Assembly (NCBI RefSeq): GCF_017992695.1
Contig: NZ_JAGOOC010000001.1
Source of the DNA: Bacteroides sp.
Lineage (GTDB): Bacteria; Bacteroidota; Bacteroidia; Bacteroidales; Bacteroidaceae
Direction: 5' to 3' (one strand)
Length of the DNA: 64,000 nucleotides
The position numbers and the translations under genes are program-made. Position 1 is the stretch's first letter. Each line of letters starts with the position of its first letter. A model generated the notes under the pieces. That model ran no database searches. It was not told the origin of the DNA and saw only the letters and a program-made list of their open reading frames with translations. Of this stretch, positions 1-10,067 are shown piece by piece.

Positions 1-653
1 ACCTCCTGCATGGGGATATCCGCCATCAGCTTCTCTAACAGACGAATAAGCTTCTTGAAATCGATTTTTCCTTGTGCAAAAAACACCATATTGGAGGGTT
101 GATAGAAACGGTTGGTGAAGGAGCAAAGATCGGCGGTTTTAAACAGCTTCAGCAACTCGGGCCGACCAAGGATGTTGTGCCCCAGCGCATGTCCTTTGAA
201 AATCATATCTTCAAAATCATCAAAAATCAGCTCGCTCGGGTTGTCTTCATACGATTGTATCTCGTCAAGAATCACCTCTGCTTCGCGTTCAATCTCGCGC
301 TGCGGAAAAGTAGAGTGAAAGGCAATATCGACCAAAAGCTCGACAGCACGCGACAGGTCCTTGGTTAGAAAAGTGGAATAGATAACTGTCTCTTCTTTAT
401 TGGTATAAGCATTCAAATCACCACCGACGGCCTCCATTCGGTTGAGGATATGCCATGCTTTTCGTTTTTGTGTTCCTTTAAAAACCAAGTGCTCTACAAA
501 ATGAGCCATACCGTGTTCGTGATCGGCCTCATCACGCGTGCCGACATCAATGGCAAAGCCACAGTAAGTCACATCGGAGGCTACCGGGTTGTAAATAACA
601 CGAAGACCGTTGGATAGTGTTTGTTCGACTTGACTCGTATTTAAATTATTCAT
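1..653 (-). CDS. M16 family (insulinase/pitrilysin-like) zinc peptidase, runs off the left edge
   Basis: Manual translation from ATG at 653 (not in ORF track): MNNLNTSQVEQTLSNGLRVIY...GTRDEADHEHGMAHFVEHLVFKGTQKR...GGDLNAYTNKEET, with the inverted zinc motif HxxEH. Confidence 0.92.
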   Translation of the reverse strand, partial: MNNLNTSQVEQTLSNGLRVIYNPVASDVTYCGFAIDVGTRDEADHEHGMAHFVEHLVFKGTQKRKAWHILNRMEAVGGDLNAYTNKEETVIYSTFLTKDLSRAVELLVDIAFHSTFPQREIEREAEVILDEIQSYEDNPSELIFDDFEDMIFKGHALGHNILGRPELLKLFKTADLCSFTNRFYQPSNMVFFAQGKIDFKKLIRLLEKLMADIPMQE

Positions 654-680
654 TTTCAGCTCAAAGTATTGTTGAAGTTG

Positions 681-688
681 CAAAAATA
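681..688 (-). promoter_or_regulatory. Bacteroidetes sigma-A -7 element (TATTTTTG) for the M16 peptidase
   Basis: Matches TAnnTTTG about 28 nt upstream of the ATG. Confidence 0.55.
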
Positions 689-775
689 CAATAAAACTTA
701 TTGCTGTTTATAGAAAATTGCAGATATTTGTAGGCTGCAAAAGCAATATTGCCACAATAGCACCATTATTAAATT

Positions 776-1381
776 ATGACTGAATCGATTAAAGAGCTTC
801 TGCAAAAAGAGGCGCAAGCGGTATTAAATATCCCTGTGACGGATGCGTATGAAAAAGCGGTAGCCCTCATTGTGGAACAGATACACCGGAAACGAGGTAA
901 ACTGGTTACTTCGGGAATGGGCAAAGCCGGACAAATAGCGATGAATATAGCCACTACGTTTTGCTCGACAGGTGTTCCTTCTGTCTTTCTGCATCCTAGC
1001 GAAGCTCAGCATGGCGATTTGGGCATCTTGCAAGAGAACGATTTGCTGCTGCTGATCTCTAACTCGGGAAAGACACGCGAGATTGTGGAGCTGACCCGAC
1101 TGGCGCATATCCTGAACCCTACCCTGAAGTTTATCGTGATTACCGGCAACCCCAACAGCCCCTTGGCCAATCAATCGGATGTTTGTCTGAGTACAGGCAA
1201 GCCCGACGAGGTGTGCACGCTGGGCATGACTCCTACTACATCGACCACAGCCATGACCGTGATTGGAGATATCTTAGTGGTGCAAACCATGAAAGAGACC
1301 CATTTTAGTATGGAAGAATACTCCAAACGCCACCACGGTGGTTACTTGGGCGAAAAATCGAGAGAGCTATGCGAAAAGTAA
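776..1381 (+). CDS. SIS-domain sugar-phosphate isomerase (KpsF/GutQ-like arabinose-5-phosphate isomerase without CBS domains)
   Basis: SGMGKAGQIA, FLHPSEAQHGDLG, ISNSGKT and PTTSTT motifs; 201 aa. Confidence 0.9.
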   Translation: MTESIKELLQKEAQAVLNIPVTDAYEKAVALIVEQIHRKRGKLVTSGMGKAGQIAMNIATTFCSTGVPSVFLHPSEAQHGDLGILQENDLLLLISNSGKTREIVELTRLAHILNPTLKFIVITGNPNSPLANQSDVCLSTGKPDEVCTLGMTPTTSTTAMTVIGDILVVQTMKETHFSMEEYSKRHHGGYLGEKSRELCEK

Positions 1382-2292
1382 TTGGCATAGGCGAAACCAT
1401 TCTTGATGTCATTTTTCAAAACGATCAACCTTCGGCAGCTGTGCCGGGGGGATCGGTATTCAATGGTATCGTGTCATTGGCACGGGCAGGTGTCAACGTG
1501 TGCTTTATCAGCGAAACAGGCAACGACCGGGTGGGTAGCACTATTCTTAAGTTTATGCGAGAAAACGGGATACCGACAGATCACGTCAATGTATTTCCCG
1601 ACGGGAAATCTCCGGTATCACTAGCCTTCTTGAATGAAAAACACGACGCGGAGTATATTTTCTATAAAGACTATCCGAAGCAACGACTCGACGTTGTGTT
1701 TCCAACAATCAATGAGGACGATATCGTTATCATCGGTTCTTACTATGCAGTAACACCGGTGTTGCGAGACAAGATAGTGGAGCTACTTGAGCAGGCGCGC
1801 CAAAAAAGAGCAATCGTCTATTACGACCCCAACTTCCGTTCTTCGCACAAGGAGGAGGCCATGAAGCTTGCACCCACCATTATTGAGAATCTGGAGTATG
1901 CGGACATTGTCCGAGGATCGCTCGACGATTTTTTCTATATGTATGGCATGAACGATGTAGAAAAGATCTATAAGGACAAGATTAAGTTTTACTGCCCCAA
2001 CTTTCTCTGTACAGCCGGAGCCGAAAAAGTATCCCTGCGAACCAAGACCATCAGCAAAGAGTATCTGGTAGAACCGGTAGAGACTGTAAGCACCATCGGA
2101 GCAGGAGACAACTTTAATGCAGGGCTCATCTTCGGTTTGCTGAAACATGACGTGCGATATCGAGATTTAAACAATCTTGACGAACCAACCTGGAACCGGA
2201 TAGTGGCGTATGGGAACGCTTTTGCTGCCGAAACTTGCCGAAGCTATAACAACTCTATTTCGAAGGAATTTGCCGACAGTTGCGTTCCTTAA
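1369..2292 (+). CDS. PfkB-family carbohydrate kinase
   Basis: N-terminal IGIGETILD, PGGSVFN, DPNFR and C-terminal TIGAGDNFNAG signature; overlaps the upstream stop. Confidence 0.92.
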   Translation: MRKVIGIGETILDVIFQNDQPSAAVPGGSVFNGIVSLARAGVNVCFISETGNDRVGSTILKFMRENGIPTDHVNVFPDGKSPVSLAFLNEKHDAEYIFYKDYPKQRLDVVFPTINEDDIVIIGSYYAVTPVLRDKIVELLEQARQKRAIVYYDPNFRSSHKEEAMKLAPTIIENLEYADIVRGSLDDFFYMYGMNDVEKIYKDKIKFYCPNFLCTAGAEKVSLRTKTISKEYLVEPVETVSTIGAGDNFNAGLIFGLLKHDVRYRDLNNLDEPTWNRIVAYGNAFAAETCRSYNNSISKEFADSCVP

Positions 2293-2386
2293 AGAATATA
2301 TACTTTGGCTAATTATCGCAAAGGTTCTGTCATATCTGCCAAGAATTCCTATCTTTGCATGTAGTGTTTCAAGACAAAATGGTACT

Positions 2387-3445
2387 ATGTATAAGAATTT
2401 ACTCCATTGGCTCACCCTTATTTTCATCTTGCCTTCTTGCAGCGAGACTGGTCCGACCATCTCTGTAGCCTGTGAGGAAAACAATGTAGGGAATTGTATT
2501 ATTAAATGGGAAACCGCTCCGGTTATCCCTGGACACGTAAAGGTATATGCCTCTACTAACCCCGATTTAATTTTGGAAGATACCCCTGTGGCTATAGCCA
2601 ACATCAAGGACGAACGAATGACGATTGTTACCGACAACCCCTCGCAGCGCTATTATTACTTAATGGTATTCAATGACAAGTATCGTGTGCGTGTAGCCAC
2701 GCGAAACGTTAACATACCGGGCATACAGAACTTTCGCGACCTGGGTGGATATAAATCATCAACTACAGGGTTGAATACTCGCTTTGGAATGCTTTACCGT
2801 TCAGCACAAATTGATAGCATCGGCTGCATTGCTCAACGAGAACTTCGCAACTTAAACATCCGAACTTTTATTGACCTACGCACCAAAGAGGAGCAAAGCA
2901 ACTATCCGCAACTTCAAAGGGGATTCAATGTGGTTCATATTCCTATTGCGACAGGCAGCATGGATCCATTACTGCAAAAGATACAAGAGAGAGGGATTAA
3001 AGGAGACACCATTTACCAGCTAATCGAGCAGATGAATCGGGATCTCATTCTCAATTATCAAAAAGAGTATCGACAAATATTCGATATCCTACTCGATCGC
3101 AGTAGCTATCCGGTGGTTATCCATTGCTCATCAGGGAAAGAACGCACGGGAGTTGTTAGCGCTTTGATTCTGGCCAGTTTAGGTGTCAACGAAGAGATCA
3201 TCATGAGCGATTACCGTTTGAGTAACGAATACTTCAATATACCCAAGGTGTCAAAATACGCTTATAAACTACCGCCTAACTCTCAGGAGGCCATCACAAC
3301 CATATTCTCGGCAAGAGAGGATTTTTTAAATGCTGCAAAGAGCGAGGCCGAGCGAATTTATGGTGACATTCCCACCTATTTAAAAAAGGGCGCAGGGCTC
3401 ACCCATGCAGACCTAGAAAGATTACAAAGCATACTGCTCAACTAG
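2387..3445 (+). CDS. Lipoprotein tyrosine/dual-specificity phosphatase (Y_phosphatase3-like)
   Basis: Probable start MYKNLLHW at 2387, after a TATCTTTG box at 2350-2357; lipobox LPSC; NFRDLGG, DLR and P-loop HCSSGKERTG. Confidence 0.88.
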   Translation: MYKNLLHWLTLIFILPSCSETGPTISVACEENNVGNCIIKWETAPVIPGHVKVYASTNPDLILEDTPVAIANIKDERMTIVTDNPSQRYYYLMVFNDKYRVRVATRNVNIPGIQNFRDLGGYKSSTTGLNTRFGMLYRSAQIDSIGCIAQRELRNLNIRTFIDLRTKEEQSNYPQLQRGFNVVHIPIATGSMDPLLQKIQERGIKGDTIYQLIEQMNRDLILNYQKEYRQIFDILLDRSSYPVVIHCSSGKERTGVVSALILASLGVNEEIIMSDYRLSNEYFNIPKVSKYAYKLPPNSQEAITTIFSAREDFLNAAKSEAERIYGDIPTYLKKGAGLTHADLERLQSILLN

Positions 3446-3498
3446 TCAAGCGACGGAGACAAATACCCTATAGATCATATAGTTCCGAGAAATTTTCT

Positions 3499-3543
3499 AT
3501 TTATAATTGATTATTTATAATTCATAATCCATTTATAATTCAT
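3499..3543 (+). repeat. Three copies of ATTTATAATT(C/G)AT directly upstream of the deaD -7 box
   Basis: Copies at 3499-3511, 3513-3525 and 3531-3543; TATCTTTG at 3543-3550. Confidence 0.7.
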
Positions 3544-3581
3544 ATCTTTGCAGCCGAAAATATAAGATATACAGAGATTTA

Positions 3582-5573
3582 ATGAAGACATTTGAAGAGC
3601 TTGGCGTTTCTCCGGAGATACGTAGGGCAATCGAGGAGATGGGATACGAGAATCCCATGCCGGTACAAGAGGAAGTGATTCCGTACCTTTTAGGAGAAAA
3701 TAATGATATAGTAGCTCTTGCCCAGACTGGAACAGGAAAGACAGCCGCATTCGGTTTGCCTCTTATTCAGCAAGTTGACGTAAAGAACCGAGTTCCCCAA
3801 TCCCTTATCCTTTGCCCTACCCGTGAACTGTGTTTACAGATAGCAGGCGATTTAAACGATTATTCTAAATACATTGATGGTCTTAAAGTACTACCCGTAT
3901 ATGGAGGATCATCTATCGATAGCCAAATCCGCAGCCTAAAGCGCGGCGTACATGTTATTGTAGCCACACCGGGTCGTTTGATCGACTTGATGCAACGACG
4001 CACCGTATCGCTTTCGACTATCCACAACGTGGTGATGGACGAAGCAGACGAAATGCTTAACATGGGATTTACCGATAGCATTAACGCTATTCTGGCTGAT
4101 GTACCCGAGAAGCGCAACACACTGCTCTTCTCTGCCACCATGAGTCCTGAGATTAGCCGCATTTCGAAAAACTACCTGCGTAATGCCAAGGAGATCACCA
4201 TCGGTCGCAAGAACGAAAGCACGAACAGTGTAAAGCACATCGCTTACATGATACAGGCTAGAGACAAATTTGCTGTACTGAAACGTATAGCCGACTACTA
4301 TCCGCAAATTTATGGAATCATATTCTGTCGCACTCGTAAAGAGACGCAGGAGATTGCCGACAAACTGATGCAGGAGGGCTATAGTGCCGATTCGCTGCAC
4401 GGAGAGCTGTCGCAGGCACAACGTGATGCAGTGATGCAAAAGTTCCGCACACGCAACATACAGCTTTTAGTAGCTACCGATGTGGCTGCACGCGGACTTG
4501 ACGTAAACGACCTGACACACGTAATCAATTACGGACTGCCAGACGAAACTGAGAGCTACACCCACCGAAGCGGACGTACCGGACGTGCCGGAAAGACAGG
4601 TCTCTCTATCGCTATCGTCAACATGCGCGAAAAAGGTAAGATGCGCGAGATAGAGCGTATTATCGGAAAGAAGTTTATCGTAGGCGAAGTGCCCACCGGT
4701 AAAGAGATTTGCGAGAAACAGCTCATCAAAGTAATCGACCAAATAGAGAAAGTAAAGGTAAACGAAGAGGATATTGCCGACTTCATGCCCGAAATCTATC
4801 GCAAGCTTGAGTGGCTGAGCAAAGAAGATGTAATTAAGCGCATGGTATCCATGGAGTTTAACCGATTCCTGGAGTATTACCGTGGTCGCAATGAAATAGA
4901 GACTGCCAGCTTTGATAGCCGCAGTGACCGTGGAGGAGAACGCAGCGAACGTGGAGGAGAACGTGGAGAACGTCGTGGACGTGACGCAGGTGAAGGTCCT
5001 CGCCAAACCACTCCGGGATTCAAGCGCCTGTTCATCAACCTGGGAAAGATGGATAGCTTCTTCCCTAGCGAACTAATCAGCTTACTCAACAGCAACACAC
5101 GCGGACGCATTGAATTGGGTCGTATCGACCTAATGAAGAGCTTTTCGTTCTTTGAAGTAGACGAAAAAGAGGCACAGATGGTTGTTCAATCCTTAAACCG
5201 TGCCAACTGGAACGGCCGCAAGGTTTCGGTAGAAATTGCCGGAGAAGAGAATGCAGAAGGACGCAGAGGTGGCTCCGGAGAGAAACGAAGCAACGACCGT
5301 AAGTCTTGGGCTTCTTCAGACAAGCGCAGTGATCGTGCTCCTCATGCCTCACGCGATGAGAGACCCTCACGTGCTCCCAAAGCCGAAAGAGCTCCGAAAG
5401 CAAATGCCATCAAAAGCGACAAGCCCAGCCGCGAAGAGCGTGGATATGTGGGTGAACGTGGCAAAAAGGACGATTGGCAGCAATTCTTTTCTGACGAAGG
5501 CGGCAGCAAAGGATTCAAAGGCGAAGAGCCCGACTTCAGCGAAGAGGGATGGGCACGCAGAAAGAAAAAATAA
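3582..5573 (+). CDS. deaD: DEAD-box RNA helicase (DeaD/CsdA-like) with DbpA-type RNA-binding domain and charged tail
   Basis: Q motif, AQTGTGKT, PTREL, DEAD, SAT and HRSGRTGRAG. Confidence 0.95.
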   Translation: MKTFEELGVSPEIRRAIEEMGYENPMPVQEEVIPYLLGENNDIVALAQTGTGKTAAFGLPLIQQVDVKNRVPQSLILCPTRELCLQIAGDLNDYSKYIDGLKVLPVYGGSSIDSQIRSLKRGVHVIVATPGRLIDLMQRRTVSLSTIHNVVMDEADEMLNMGFTDSINAILADVPEKRNTLLFSATMSPEISRISKNYLRNAKEITIGRKNESTNSVKHIAYMIQARDKFAVLKRIADYYPQIYGIIFCRTRKETQEIADKLMQEGYSADSLHGELSQAQRDAVMQKFRTRNIQLLVATDVAARGLDVNDLTHVINYGLPDETESYTHRSGRTGRAGKTGLSIAIVNMREKGKMREIERIIGKKFIVGEVPTGKEICEKQLIKVIDQIEKVKVNEEDIADFMPEIYRKLEWLSKEDVIKRMVSMEFNRFLEYYRGRNEIETASFDSRSDRGGERSERGGERGERRGRDAGEGPRQTTPGFKRLFINLGKMDSFFPSELISLLNSNTRGRIELGRIDLMKSFSFFEVDEKEAQMVVQSLNRANWNGRKVSVEIAGEENAEGRRGGSGEKRSNDRKSWASSDKRSDRAPHASRDERPSRAPKAERAPKANAIKSDKPSREERGYVGERGKKDDWQQFFSDEGGSKGFKGEEPDFSEEGWARRKKK

Positions 5574-5608
5574 ATTGATTCATCTGAACAAATAATGATG
5601 GATGACCG

Positions 5609-5661
5609 AATTTAAGAAAGCCTCATTTACTTGAAAAAAGTAGATGAGGCTTTCTTAAATT
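5609..5661 (+). terminator. Intrinsic terminator-like hairpin after deaD
   Basis: AATTTAAGAAAGCCTCAT...ATGAGGCTTTCTTAAATT inverted repeat. Confidence 0.8.
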
Positions 5662-5697
5662 CAGTATCTTTGTGTTCGCAAAAACTGATTAAAAAGT

Positions 5698-6561
5698 ATG
5701 AATAAGATAAATGGATTCCTATACGGACTCCTCTCTTCGGCCTCATTTGGCCTCATTCCGTTATTTACCCTACCTGCTATGCATCAAGGAATGAACTTTG
5801 AGTCCATTCTGCTCTATCGGTTCCTTTTCGCAGCATTAGCTTTAGCTGCCATTTTGCTACTTAATGGACAGTCGTTTCGCATCCGCTTACAAGAGATTCC
5901 TTCGTTATTGCTTCTGGCAGTACTCTACCTCATGTCAGCTGTTTTCCTGTTTTGGGGGTATAAATTGATGCCAAGTGGAGTAGCTACAACGCTGCACTTC
6001 ATGTATCCCGTATTTACAACACTAATCATGATGATTATTTTTCATGAAAAGAGATCCATTTGGCGTTTTGCAGCCATTGCACTGGCAGTAACCGGCGTCT
6101 ACTTTCTATCGAGCGGCGACGGCTCGGGAGCAGTTACGCTGATCGGAATCTTCATTGTACTCATCTCGGCTTTGGGTTACGCACTTTACCTAGTCACTGT
6201 AAGTCAGCTAAAGGTATTGCAAATGAAAGGATTAAAGCTCACCTTTTACGTGTTCATCTTCGGCAGCTTCATGCTATTTATGGGCATCGCTCCCACTTCA
6301 GGCGTTCAAGCGATCCCTAACTGGGATGTTGCCGGCCATTTATTGATGCTGGCACTTATCCCCACTGTTGTTTCTAATTTGGCATTGGTGCGAGCGGTCA
6401 AAAGCATCGGCTCCACTCTCACCTCTGTATTGGGAGCCATGGAGCCGGTAACCGCTGTTTGCGTAGGCATATTCATCTTTGGCGAAGCCGTTACAACAGG
6501 CATCGGATTGGGTATCGGATTGATTATTGCGGCAGTAACAGTGATTATTTTGAAGCGTTAA
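5698..6561 (+). CDS. EamA/DMT family transporter
   Basis: About 10 hydrophobic helices in two repeats; YLYPV-like HFMYPV and EPVTA motifs. Confidence 0.9.
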   Translation: MNKINGFLYGLLSSASFGLIPLFTLPAMHQGMNFESILLYRFLFAALALAAILLLNGQSFRIRLQEIPSLLLLAVLYLMSAVFLFWGYKLMPSGVATTLHFMYPVFTTLIMMIIFHEKRSIWRFAAIALAVTGVYFLSSGDGSGAVTLIGIFIVLISALGYALYLVTVSQLKVLQMKGLKLTFYVFIFGSFMLFMGIAPTSGVQAIPNWDVAGHLLMLALIPTVVSNLALVRAVKSIGSTLTSVLGAMEPVTAVCVGIFIFGEAVTTGIGLGIGLIIAAVTVIILKR

Positions 6562-8686
6562 GTTTCAACTCTTTTATCAACTCTCCTGCCTTCCCATACT
6601 TTTCGATGATAAAAAGCATGTAGCGTACATCCACTCCGATGCAGCGTTGCAGATCCGGTTCAAAAACAATATCACCACTCATCGCTTCCCAGTTGCCATC
6701 AAAAGCCAGACCGAGCAGTTCGCCCCGAGCATTGAACATGGCACTTCCGGAGTTTCCACCCGTAATGTCGTTGTTAGAGATGAAACAAACGTTCATTTCA
6801 CCCTTTTCATCGGCATAACGTCCAAAATTTCCCGATGCAAATAAAGAGAGCAACTCGGGCTGAATAGCAAAGTCGGGATCGCCTTGATGCTCCTGGACCT
6901 TTTCAAAAATGCCTTTAACAGTCGTGTAGTAATCATAAGCAGCACCGTCGAATGGCGAATAGCCGCCTACAGTACCAAAACTAAGACGCAGCGTTGAGTT
7001 GGCGTCGGGGTAGAAATTATAATCAACCTTCATGCGACGCAGCGCATCACTCATCAAACGTTCGCCACGCTCTATCTCTTCAGAAGCGGTAGAGGTGGCG
7101 TGATTCATATCGTAGTATTTAACGATCAAATCAATGCCGAGCGCAATGGCCGGATCTTCCAACAAGTGATAAGTCGTATCACGCTCTAAGAAGCGTTGTA
7201 AACCGCGTGGAGTGGCTATTTGCGTCTGGGCATAGAGCGAATCAACATAGGCATGCTCATTGCCCCCGTAAGCACTATCTATAGCTTGATAAAGAGGTGG
7301 AAGATAACGAGTATCGACTTTAGAGCGATACTCCTTTAAAAGGGCAACAAACACCTCTTTATCGATGGAAAGGTCGAAATTGGCGTATTTATCCAACAGC
7401 TTTTCCAAGCGCAGAGTAACCTGTTGCGATTCGGCTTCAAAATCAAAATTCAATATTTCGAGTGCAAGTTGTATCAGTTCGGGGCCGTTGATAAATGATT
7501 CGCCAAAATAAGCCATGGCTCGATTCACTTCACGACGATCTTTGTAATTAAGCTCGAGCGATGAGAAGAGATGCAGCAACTTCTCACGCTCGGAAGGTGT
7601 TCGCTGAATCCATTGTCGAAGCGTTGCTTCGGCCGTGCGCTTCTTTTCGAGTACACTCAGTTCGCGAATGGCTTTGTTCATACCGATGCTGTTCTTCCAA
7701 TAATTAGAGCTTTCATCGTATTTGGATGCGTATTTGATACGAATATCGGGGCGACGATCCATTTCACGCTTCCAGATGGCCTGCTTCACGCCACGCACGT
7801 CGATCATCGCTTGATTCATGCCACCCATACGCTCCTCTACACCAAACGAAGAGAGGAAACGTTCGGTCTGCCCGGGATAACCAAGCGTCATGCAAAAAGA
7901 ACCCTCTTTATACCCATCAAGCGAGATGGGAGCTACATAGGAAGCTTTATAGGGGATGTTATCGGGAGAGTAATTGGCTGGCTGGTTGTTCTTGTCGGCA
8001 TAGATGCGAAAGACGCAGAAATCGCCCGTGTGCCGTGGCCAAACCCAGTTATCGGTATCCCAACCAAACTTACCAATGGATGAAGGCGGAGCAAATACAA
8101 GACGAACATCATTGAAGTCGCGATACACAGAAAGCCAAAATTCATTGCCTGCATAATATGTATCAACCACCCCCACAAGTGTAGAGTCTCTATCGCCAAC
8201 CTCGTTACCGATAAGCAGCATCAGCGAATCAACTGCTACCCTTCGTTCCGATTCCGTCATCGAGGGCTTGGTTGCTTTAAGTACGCGCTTCGTTACATTT
8301 TCGGTACGAAGCAGAAAGCGTACATAGAGTTCCGGATTGGGAAGTTCCTCGTTCCGATTACGTGCTACAAAACCATCCTTCAGGTAGTCATGCTCTACCG
8401 AAGAGTGTTGTTGCACGCTACTAAAACCGCAGTGGTGGTTTGTAAATACCAACCCATCGTCAGAGACTACCACTCCTGAACAAAATCCACCAAAGCTAAC
8501 TACTGCATCGGCCAAACAAGGCTTCTTCGGGTTGTAGAGTTTTTCAACCGGGAGTTGAAGTCCCAACTCTTTCATAGCCTGTCGGGTCTGCTTGTTTAGG
8601 TTACCAAGCAACCACATACCTTCATCGGCCCTAAGTAGAGACGAGGAGAAGAGAAGTGCAATAATTGCAATGATTCGAATGTTCAT
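6545..8686 (-). CDS. S46 family dipeptidyl-peptidase (DPP7-like)
   Basis: Signal peptide then ADEGMW, TNHHC, DTDNWVWPRHTGDF, DITGGNSGS; FDGNWE (Gly rather than the Arg of DPP11). Confidence 0.93.
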   Translation of the reverse strand: MNIRIIAIIALLFSSSLLRADEGMWLLGNLNKQTRQAMKELGLQLPVEKLYNPKKPCLADAVVSFGGFCSGVVVSDDGLVFTNHHCGFSSVQQHSSVEHDYLKDGFVARNRNEELPNPELYVRFLLRTENVTKRVLKATKPSMTESERRVAVDSLMLLIGNEVGDRDSTLVGVVDTYYAGNEFWLSVYRDFNDVRLVFAPPSSIGKFGWDTDNWVWPRHTGDFCVFRIYADKNNQPANYSPDNIPYKASYVAPISLDGYKEGSFCMTLGYPGQTERFLSSFGVEERMGGMNQAMIDVRGVKQAIWKREMDRRPDIRIKYASKYDESSNYWKNSIGMNKAIRELSVLEKKRTAEATLRQWIQRTPSEREKLLHLFSSLELNYKDRREVNRAMAYFGESFINGPELIQLALEILNFDFEAESQQVTLRLEKLLDKYANFDLSIDKEVFVALLKEYRSKVDTRYLPPLYQAIDSAYGGNEHAYVDSLYAQTQIATPRGLQRFLERDTTYHLLEDPAIALGIDLIVKYYDMNHATSTASEEIERGERLMSDALRRMKVDYNFYPDANSTLRLSFGTVGGYSPFDGAAYDYYTTVKGIFEKVQEHQGDPDFAIQPELLSLFASGNFGRYADEKGEMNVCFISNNDITGGNSGSAMFNARGELLGLAFDGNWEAMSGDIVFEPDLQRCIGVDVRYMLFIIEKYGKAGELIKELKLNASK

Positions 8687-8705
8687 GAGTATCTTTTTAA
8701 GTTAA

Positions 8706-10061
8706 CTATTGGGTTATTAAACGGACTTGTTCTGCCCCCACTCTGGCTTTAAGCCAATTGTTGATTTTCGTCTTTTCATCGTTGGTGGGTTGCTTCGCGA
8801 ACTTTAATAGGGCTATCGTCACCGTATCTTCTTTGAGAGAATCGACCGTGAGCTCTATCGAACGGGCCAGCGAGAGCGACTTAACCGATGGATACAGCAC
8901 CTTCAACTCGGGAATGATAATGCGGCTCAATTCATCGTATGCCTTATAGCGCTCGATATCTTTTTGAAGCAACTGTATTTTGATTTGCTGTTTCAAGATA
9001 CGATCTTCGCTGTTTTTATAAAAATCCTCAATCACCAACGAGCGTATGGATGAGATGTCTACTGCTTCATTATTCATGCCTTGCAGTACGATCAGCTGGG
9101 TATCAAACAGTTTATAGTTCTTTAGATTTTCGCGAGCAATGGCAATGGATGCCTCCGGAACCTGAGGTCCAATCAGCACAACACGTATCTCGCGTTTTTC
9201 GTAATCGATCTTTTTATCAAGTACTTGCGTATCGGGAAAGCTTAACTGTTCGGCAACATAATGGTTGGCGGCCGCTTGGTAAAAGGTACTTCGAATAATG
9301 TTAAACGTTAAGTAAATAGCCGGACACATGGTCAGTATCACAATCAGCACAAGGTACCTGCGAACTTTTTTTTCGCGCTTTGTATCGGCAAATTCCTTAC
9401 GTTTAAACTTCATCACCCGCACACCGATAAAGGTAGCCAGACTAATGAAAACAGAATTAATGAAATAGAGATAGAATGCCCCGAGAAAATAAATCAGGTT
9501 GCCTGTTGCCAATCCGTAACCGGCCGTACAGAGAGGGGGCATCAATGCTGTGGCAATGGCTACACCGGGAATCACGTTTCCTTTCTCTTTCGTAGAGAGT
9601 GCCACTACGCCGGCCAATCCACCAAACAGTGCGATGAAAACGTCGTAAATGGTTGGCGACGTGCGTGCAAGCAGTTCTGACTGTGCTTCGGCTATAGGAG
9701 TGAACAGAAAGAACAGTGTGGCTGTGGTTATACTAAACGTCGTCGCAATGAGAAAACTCTTCAGAGAGCGCTTCATCAATTCAAAGTCATTCAGCCCCAC
9801 AGAGAGCCCCACCCCCATAATCGGCCCCATTAAAGGCGAAATCAACATCGCACCAATGATAACGGCAGTGGAGTTAACATTCAACCCAAAGGATGCCATA
9901 AAAATAGCAAAAATAAGAATCCACAGGTTAGCCCCTTTAAATTCTACTCCTTTACGGATGGTGTCTATCGTAGCCAGTTCATTATCTTTGTCTTTGTGCA
10001 AGTCTAGGTATTCGCGCAAAAAGCCTTTAATAGCAAAAAAGTTTCGATTCTCGGGTTCCAT
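8706..10061 (-). CDS. DUF389 / TIGR00341 family membrane protein
   Basis: GLNVNSTAVIIGAMLISPLMGP, ELLART and GVAIATALMPPL motifs. Confidence 0.88.
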   Translation of the reverse strand: MEPENRNFFAIKGFLREYLDLHKDKDNELATIDTIRKGVEFKGANLWILIFAIFMASFGLNVNSTAVIIGAMLISPLMGPIMGVGLSVGLNDFELMKRSLKSFLIATTFSITTATLFFLFTPIAEAQSELLARTSPTIYDVFIALFGGLAGVVALSTKEKGNVIPGVAIATALMPPLCTAGYGLATGNLIYFLGAFYLYFINSVFISLATFIGVRVMKFKRKEFADTKREKKVRRYLVLIVILTMCPAIYLTFNIIRSTFYQAAANHYVAEQLSFPDTQVLDKKIDYEKREIRVVLIGPQVPEASIAIARENLKNYKLFDTQLIVLQGMNNEAVDISSIRSLVIEDFYKNSEDRILKQQIKIQLLQKDIERYKAYDELSRIIIPELKVLYPSVKSLSLARSIELTVDSLKEDTVTIALLKFAKQPTNDEKTKINNWLKARVGAEQVRLITQ

Positions 10062-10067
10062 AAGTCT

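Noticed and set aside
4925-4985. GGAGAACG-type repeats in deaD
   Set aside because: Ordinary R/G/E-rich low-complexity linker of DEAD-box helicases
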